DNA of 64,000 nucleotides, from NCBI GenBank assembly GCA_900088475.1, contig FLMG01001670.1:89849-153848 (forward strand). The letters are read 5' to 3'. The DNA is from Hyphochytrium catenoides. Its lineage: Eukaryota > Protista > Hyphochytriomycota. Positions 56,971 to 64,000 of this stretch are shown in pieces (the stretch's first letter is position 1; every line of letters begins with the position of its first letter). Below the pieces are notes generated by a model. That model saw nothing but the letters and a program-made list of their open reading frames with translations. It searched no databases and was not told the DNA's origin. The translations under genes were made by a program, and so were the position numbers.

Positions 56971-57360
56971 AGCCCGGTTTGAAGACATAACATAGAAAGC
57001 GTCGTCACATCACTCTTACTAAGTAAGGCAGATATATGCAAGTGCTACTTTGAACGAACGTTTTCGAGAGTCCTCTACGAAGGACAATAGGAAAGGAGAA
57101 AGGAGTTACGGAGATGGGTAATGAGCTCGATCTTCCTCCACTCACACTTCCCTCATAGAATTATTCTCAGAGGCAGAGGACCTATTGGACGTTATTCTTT
57201 GACAGACTGGCGCTTTGCGCAGAAATCTGCGGCTCCACCAACCTTTTCGATGTTCAAAGGTACTTGAAATCAGTTTTGCCATTAAGCGCACATCGGTCTG
57301 TTTCTAGAGAAGCCCACATCCAGTGAGTGATGAAGATTACCCTGTCACGAGAAAGGAGTT

Positions 57361-58248
57361 TCACTTGTCTGAGCGTCTATATGTCCAGAAGATGTCCGTG
57401 TGATGAGGGTACTCCACCATTTCCTTTCCCTCCTGCTTCGTAATGACCATAGAGCTTCTGTTCTCTTCCAGAACTTTCTCTGCATGCTTCCGACATTTCT
57501 CTTTCTCCTCTTCAGACAAGACGGAAATGTAACTCTTTGACAGCACGCGTCCCCAGATCATTGGAAACTCTATCTGCATTGTCCAGGCCACGTGCTCTTC
57601 CCTTAATGGAAGAGGAGAGAAGAGCTCACTTAGCAAACTAGCATTTCTCTCCTCGGTCCAGACTTTTTTCCAGGTGCCCTTGCGATACTGAGGGATGCTG
57701 TCATCGTAAACTTCATAGACTTTCCTTAGCTCAAGAACCCACCGCGCCTTGCTGGGATCCTCCATGTTCCAAAGCAGGATAAGAGGTGCTCCAGGCTTCA
57801 GAACGCGGTTCATCTCCGTTAGTGAAGCCATGGAGTCAAACCAATGGAAGGCTTGGGCTACTATAACAGCATCTACAGACTGGGCGGGCAGAGGAATATT
57901 GTCTGCGTAGCCTTCTATGATTGGGATCCCCAGATTTGCAGGCATTTTGGCCTTGAATTGCTCTCGCATCTCCGCCACCGGCTCACATGCTAGCAGGTCC
58001 CACTCTGGTGCGGCCTGAGCTAGCAAGCGAGTGCATTTTCCTGTCCCTGCGCCCAGGTCTAACACCCGAGGGCTATTTATTCCTTGGTTATGCTCCAATT
58101 GACGTTGATTGGAATGCCCTTTCTGAGCCTTGAAGGCTTCGTCAACAATCTTAACGACCCGACTTACAGCTGCCGGTGGGTAAGACGGTCGTGCCGCTTC
58201 ATATAACGCCGCTTGACGGGCAAATCCTTGTTGAGCTACCCGATGCAT
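57361..58248 (-). CDS. Class I SAM-dependent methyltransferase (Methyltransf_11 type), intronless
   Basis: YEAARPSYP, VLDLGAGTGK, EPVAEM, VIVAQAFHWF, EMNRVLKPG..LWN. Confidence 0.9.
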   Translation of the reverse strand: MHRVAQQGFARQAALYEAARPSYPPAAVSRVVKIVDEAFKAQKGHSNQRQLEHNQGINSPRVLDLGAGTGKCTRLLAQAAPEWDLLACEPVAEMREQFKAKMPANLGIPIIEGYADNIPLPAQSVDAVIVAQAFHWFDSMASLTEMNRVLKPGAPLILLWNMEDPSKARWVLELRKVYEVYDDSIPQYRKGTWKKVWTEERNASLLSELFSPLPLREEHVAWTMQIEFPMIWGRVLSKSYISVLSEEEKEKCRKHAEKVLEENRSSMVITKQEGKEMVEYPHHTDIFWTYRRSDK

Positions 58249-59253
58249 TTCGACTCTTGGCTCTGCAATAACTACCGGTCATACAACTCCATAAAGCCTC
58301 ACTCTTGCCTACTGACACTGAGGGTGAAGAGCTAGGTCCGAGGTGGAAGGAAGAACATGACACTGGTTAAACATAAAAAAGAGAGAAAAACCAGCGACTT
58401 CGTGGTGAGAGAGAGACCCACAGACTGATGATGGCTGATCAGATGATTGAGGGCAGAGAGCAGAGAGCAGGACACGACGATGACAGGTGAACAGAGCTTC
58501 ACCGGGAGACAGTTCCTAGCTTTGCTGGTGTCAGCAAGATGGAAAGTGAGCCAGGAGAATGAGTGTCAGTCACTTCAACCTTTGAACAGAAGTGACGCGG
58601 TGTGAAGAAGTGGTGAACGACACACGAAAATATAAGAAAACAACCGATCCCAAGTCAAGACAAAGGCCGAATATAAAGAGTCTTAGCAAACACTCCTATT
58701 CAGCTACTGACAGCTTCATCCCAGAATACGAGGCCTCAAGTACGAGTACTGAAATAACAAGGTTAATGGTAAGCATTCCCTAGAAAAGGCCTAAAGAAGT
58801 CCAGGAGGAGAGCTGGACCAAGGGACAAATATCTCACGAAGGAGCTTCATCATTTCATCATCTTCGTCTCCTGGCCCAGCAGCAGCAGTCTTGGGCTCTG
58901 ACAGGCCATCGCCGCTAAGACAAACGTCGGGATGCAGCCACTGGCCTGCCATGCGAGAGCAGCAGCTGCTAGGAAGGGTCATAGCGCTGACCTCACATGG
59001 CTCTGGAGGTCTGGGAGAGAGGAGGTGCATGCCTGAGGATGACAATAGAAAGCTCATTGATTTGGGACTTCTCGCCCTTACATGTGCGTTAGACAGAGTG
59101 CAGGTAGAGATAGTTAAGGAGACCAATAACCGACAGCAGACTATGTCTTGAATGAGTACTACCTGGCTTGTGGTCTCAATGAACAAGGAAAGGAAAAGGT
59201 TCCTAACAACTATCTTGACACGTTTTAGCGTAGACTTCTAAGGCCTTAGCTTG

Positions 59254-62200
59254 CTACGAGAGCGGCAAGAACTCATCGTTGACAAACATGTACTTAACAG
59301 TGGGCGAGATCGCTGGCGGACGTGCTCTGTCTCCACCGTCAACTGCCTTTTGCTGGTTAGACTTGGCTATGTGGTCAGCAAAGTTGTCATTAGTCACAAT
59401 TCTGCACTTGTGCTTCTCGGCGAAGCGGAGGAGGAAGAGATCATCGTCTATTCCCGCAGGGGTGAGGAAGAGAGTCTTCTGAGCCATCAGCTCGCGCAGA
59501 AGATCGACATCGTCTGCCAGGTTCTCCGTGTAGCGGCTACGAAGAGAAACGGGCGGAAAGATGATGAAGAAAGAAAAAGTGAGTACGACATAGAGGCTAG
59601 CTGCCCTGTCGACAGCAAAAGAGCTCAGGCAAGTGTAGAGAAAGAAAGAGCAGCGCAAGCAAGCGAGTAAGTGCGTGCCAAGAGAAAACTCTGGTCTTAC
59701 CTCTCCACGAACCGCTGGGGGAGAAATGCTACGGCCTTGACAGGAGCACTCTCACCAGCATTGTAATAGTCCAAGGCCAGTTTGACACCTTTAGCAGAGA
59801 AGTTTCGCTTGGCCGATGGCATCTTGGTATACCTGGCGAAGCGACATATGATAGAATGAGACGGGGTCAAAGGCGCAAAAAGAAGAGGAAGAGAAGGGAA
59901 GCAACGTTATGAAGGAAAGAGAGGCGGTAATCACCTGCCATGAAAGTAGCCTATGTTGGCTCCATCCAGCACCACCTCCGGATGGCCAGTCGCACCACTT
60001 CCTGGCGGGCTGACTGGAGGTGTCTTTGGCGGGCTGACGGGAGGTGTCTTTGTCTTGTTCTGGACATTTGGACTTGATATTTTTGCGATGTTATCGTCTG
60101 TTGGGGCGCCGGAGACGAACTCTTGTCCTTCTGCTCTGTTGTTTCTATTCTCGGCACCTTGTTGGGGCAAGGTACCTGGTAAAGGCTCAGGCATTCGTCT
60201 GGCCAGACTGCTTTGCCTAACATCTTTGTTCTCGGTCCGATGTCTGGAATGAGATATGCTAGGATGAAGGACGGACCCATCGCTGCTCTCTGGTGCGGGA
60301 AGAGGAGGAGGGAGGGCGATACGCAGCCTTAGGCGGTCTGCTTTAGCTGTTACCTCATCATCTTTGTTCTTGTGTCTTTCGTTTTCCAGCTGCTCAAGTT
60401 CTTCTTGTTTAGTCCCTAGCATCGCTTTGGCTACGTTCGCCTCTACGGCTTCCGTCGAAGAGGCCTTGAGAGAGTCTGCAGGTGTAGAGGCACTCAGAGA
60501 GGATACTGCAACTGACGTGAAGGGGAGGCGGACAGGCCTTGCCCGACCCGCTCCGTTGGGAGTTCCATGAGGAGAAGCAGACATGGGGAACGTCGCCTTT
60601 TTGGCGGAGGACTTGAGCTCCTCTGCAATTTTCCTCTCCAATAACTGCTTTTTTCTTCCTGCGGCTGCTATCGCCTCGGCCTCTCGTCCTGCCGCCTCCT
60701 CCGAGTTCTCATACCGGGCCTTGAGCTCTTCCAAGGTCACAAAATGTGAAGAGGTGCTCGTGCTCGGAGCCTTCTGCATAGCCCGTCTGTTCTCACTTGG
60801 CTTGATGGTTGTCTCCGCATCATCATCTGCTTTGTCTGACAAAAAAGAGGTTAGTTCTAACAATGGAGAATATCAATTAGCAACAAAGAATAAAATAGAG
60901 GTGAGATGGTCAGGGACGAATCCAAGCCCATTGGATGAACCATCAACAAGCGTTTGAACAGCGTGGGCGCTCAAGAGAATAATGGGAGACGTTGAGGGCT
61001 CCAGAGAATGAGAGAAAGTGGGACGAAGTCGAATTGATCAACACTGAAATCCATTCCATAAGGATCTCTGGTAAGGGCACCTCGAGATGTGAGTTTGGTG
61101 GCAGCTTTCCGCTGTTTCCGCGATTTTCTCTTCTTCTTGGTCACTCCGCCTCCCTCAACTTCTTGTTCGGTTCCTTCTTCAGTTTCAGCTTTCGAGAAGA
61201 TATCAGCGTCCTCTGCGCTTACCTCCGGCGCCGTCTGCCCCGATTCGTTCTTCTTCTCCATTGTCGCTTGTGCTATTCTCTGTTCCTTCTGCAGCTCTGT
61301 GTACCTCTGCTGAGCCCTCTTCCACCTTGATAAGCCTGTGCGCTTACTCCCCAATTCAACCAAGGTCTTCCACTCGTTGATTGAAAGACTAAAGAGAGAC
61401 AAAGAGTCAAGGACCCGAGCAAAGAGGTAGCATTTTTCTATCCGAACGATGCTCAAGGGCTTCTGAGCCTTGTTCACGTCAGGATACAGCCTCTCCACTT
61501 GCTGCAGAAGCATCTGAACCCTGAGGATAAAGGACAAGGACTTTTGCGATAAGGACTTGACTCCACTCCTCATCACAAGCACTTGAAGGTCAAGGAACAG
61601 AGAGTCGGGCAAATCAGGTCTACCAACGAGACGAAGAGAAGAGGTAACAGGAGAGACCACGATGGAAGAGCCATAGAAGAAACAATAGAACAGCACCATC
61701 TTCGGAGGGCATAAGTCCAACGTCAATAATGTACAAGAACTAGTCAAAGGGCAGCTGCAGTGTCTTGATACCTCTCACAATCGGCTCGAGCTTCCGGAAT
61801 CATCTTAATGCCAAAGGAGTACTCTGCCCTGGACAAAAATAGCTGAGAAGCGAGTGTCAAAAGGTAAACAAATGAGGGAGAGCAAAAAGAAATAAAGTTT
61901 GCATAATCTCCTACCTCCATCAACCTTAGAGTGTCTCTGAGCCCAACAGGAACGTCATCTTTCTCGGCAGTAGGAAGGACTTCTCCTCTGCTATCGATGG
62001 AGGAAGCTGCCACCAAGGCAAAGTCATAAGCGTTAAGCATTAACTGCCTTTGCAACTCCTTCTCCTCTTTCTCTTCTTCGTGGCCGAGAGTGCTCTCTCT
62101 GACAACGGCCTTCTTTCTATCTTCCACCAAAAGGCGTGCAAGTTTTATCCAGTCCACCGGCTTGAGCTCTCTTCCTAGCCCCTCCGCCTCTATCGCTCCT

Positions 62201-63380
62201 AATACCTTGCTATGAGCTAAGCGAAAGACTGATGGAATAACCATAACTTCTTGAAAGAAATGTAATACTGGGAGAGGGAGGCTCAACGACGAGAGAGAAG
62301 AGATATCCATGGTTTCCGGCACATCAGGTGCTAGCGCTGATGGGAAGATGTAGGAGCAAGGCTCTTTAACCTCACTCACTCCTACTGCCAACGCAGAGAG
62401 ACACAGTCGAAGGATTGGTTCTAGAAAGAGGCGGGCATCCCCCGAATCGGTCTCTACTATGTACCTGAGACTCCTCCCACACAGAGAAAAGAGACCGCGT
62501 CTTATGAGAAACAAGAGAATCTCTCTGTCTATGGAGGTCTCCTCTCCTCTCTGGCCCCCCACGTTCCTTCTATCTCGGACCATTGCAACGACAACCTCGA
62601 GGGCCTCTATCAAGCTCTCTTTCTGCTCTAATCCATGCTCTTCAGGCAGTTTCCAGGCCACGAGAGAGAGGAGGAGAGAGGAGAAGTCTTGAAGAAGGGG
62701 AGCGGCCCTGCGTCTTTCGATCCCATCACATTCGAGGCTCTTCAGGTTGATCTTTGGGTCTGCGGTTGAATCGAAAGTAAGGTAAGTGCTCCCATCCTTA
62801 TCCTCTCCATCCGCAGACTCCTTTACCGTCTTAATCTCTCTCTCTCTCTCTCCCTATCTCTCTCTCTCTCTCCCTCGCTTTCTCTGGTGCCTCCCGGACT
62901 TTCTTACGGTATCTAGCTACTCAGCTTGCTTCGCTTACCTTCGCTCTTCAAGCTGTCAAGTGTCAGCGGGCAGAGAGATGATAGGGCGATGTATGCAGAG
63001 AAAGGCTCATCGGAGCTACGCTTGGCCTCTCCTGCCTCGCCTCTTAACAACACTCGGCAAGTTCTCCCCCTCAGACCTTGTCCCTCTGGTCTAGAGCTGC
63101 ATCGTACAGCGATTCGCAGTAGAGGAAGGAGAGAAGGAAGGGGAAGAACAAGTGCTCCAGGAGGGAGCAGAGCCTTGAGTCTCGTTATGTCGTGCAGCCT
63201 CTGCTGTAGCGTGAGCAGCAGTGACGCCCGTGCACGATGCCAGTCACTGCGGCCGCGGTAGAAAGCTTGAATGCGAACCGCTGCCGTCCTCTGAACCCTC
63301 TGGAGCTCCCTCTGCTGCCGTTCCTCCCTAGCGCGCTGGAGGACAGCCTCTCTGCCTACGGGGCCGCGGCTGGACCTCAT
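59254..63380 (-). CDS. Spliced protein with a UBE3B/C-like N-terminal IQ segment and a C-terminal Zc3h12a/Regnase-type NYN (PIN) RNase domain; 5' end may extend to about 63855
   Basis: REAVLQRAREERQQRELQRVQRTAAVRIQAFYRG at the N-terminus. In-frame GT-AG joins link ORFs 62913-63380, 61744-62661, 60971-61747 and 59931-60863 to VVLDGANIG, FSAKGVKLALDYY, KAVAFLPQ, LFLTPAGIDDDLFLLRFA, IVTNDNFADH, KYMFVNDEFLP*. Confidence 0.78.
60003..60050 (-). repeat. 24-bp coding tandem duplication (KTPPVSPP x2)
   Basis: tggcgggctgactggaggtgtctt followed by tggcgggctgacgggaggtgtctt (plus strand). Confidence 0.85.
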
Positions 63381-63939
63381 TCTGGACGATGAGGGGAGAG
63401 CAAGAGCGGGAGGGAGAGCAAAACGGAGACGGGGAAAGGAGGAGGAAAAGAGAAGGTAGATGGCAGCAGCCTAGACACTCTCTCCTTTCTCTTTGCCCAC
63501 CGTCACAGAATGACGGGAGTGAGGATGTAGCGCCACTCGCGCCATCATTGCCTGTACTGAAGCCAGTGCTTGTCAGCCGCTGGGTCGCCCTGGAGCAGAC
63601 AGAGCGATAGTGCAGGCCAGAAGCGGTGTCAAGGGTCAGAAGTGACTGAGGATGGAAGAGAGAGGAAAAAGAGAGAAGAGGGAGAGTAGAGTCATAAGAA
63701 GCGAGGAGGATCAAGAGGAGGATGAAGGAGGATGGAGAATGAGAGAGACAGAGAGAGAGAGAGAGAGAGGGAGACAGAGAAGAGAGGGTGATGAAGTGCA
63801 AGTAGAAGGAAAGAATCTCTGTCTAACAGTACCCCAAGGATACTCCGGGCACCATCACAATTCACTTCACTTGCCCCCCTTAGAGGGGGATATATATCCT
63901 CTGATCTCTGATCGTATTCCCCCCCACCGTCACCACTCT

Positions 63940-64000
63940 GTGTCTCTCTTCCGCTCTCTCTCTTTCTCTCTTTTTCTCTCTCTCTCTCTCTCTCTCTGTC
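63940..64000. repeat. (CT)n/(GA)n microsatellite; similar tracts at about 48287-48316, 62836-62872 and 63741-63790
   Basis: Direct inspection of dinucleotide runs. Confidence 0.85.

Overview
Intron-rich eukaryotic genomic DNA (about 50% GC, standard genetic code, mostly GT-AG introns, two N-gaps). It is probably from a protist; the CryptonS-type recombinase hints at a stramenopile, but that is inference. Genes from left to right: a giant VPS13 lipid-transfer gene on the minus strand (starts at 21965 and runs off the left edge); a divergently transcribed RING + armadillo-repeat E3 ligase; a GMC oxidoreductase of the choline/alcohol dehydrogenase type, preceded by two co-oriented tandem CTL/SLC44 (PNS1-like) choline-transporter-like genes; an unexplained gap of about 3.8 kb; an intronless N-acylated Glu/Ala-rich protein with four basic-aromatic RKSSVRxFFKKxxPxKKEK repeats (MARCKS/AKAP12-like design); a small protein with a very acidic tail and SIM-like motifs; a bacterial-type ketopantoate reductase with introns; a TMEM184/OST-alpha transporter; an intact intronless Crypton-type tyrosine recombinase whose nucleophile Tyr appears to be replaced by Ser; a myristoylated FSP1/AIFM2-like oxidoreductase; a SAM methyltransferase; and a spliced gene that appears to fuse a UBE3B/UBE3C-like IQ N-terminus to a Regnase/Zc3h12a-type NYN RNase with no HECT domain. 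The best novelty candidates are the IQ-NYN fusion, the catalytically altered (possibly domesticated) Crypton, the MARCKS-like membrane-switch protein and the putative choline uptake/oxidation cluster. All family calls come from motifs recognised by eye; no database searches were run, and exon structures are only partly traced.
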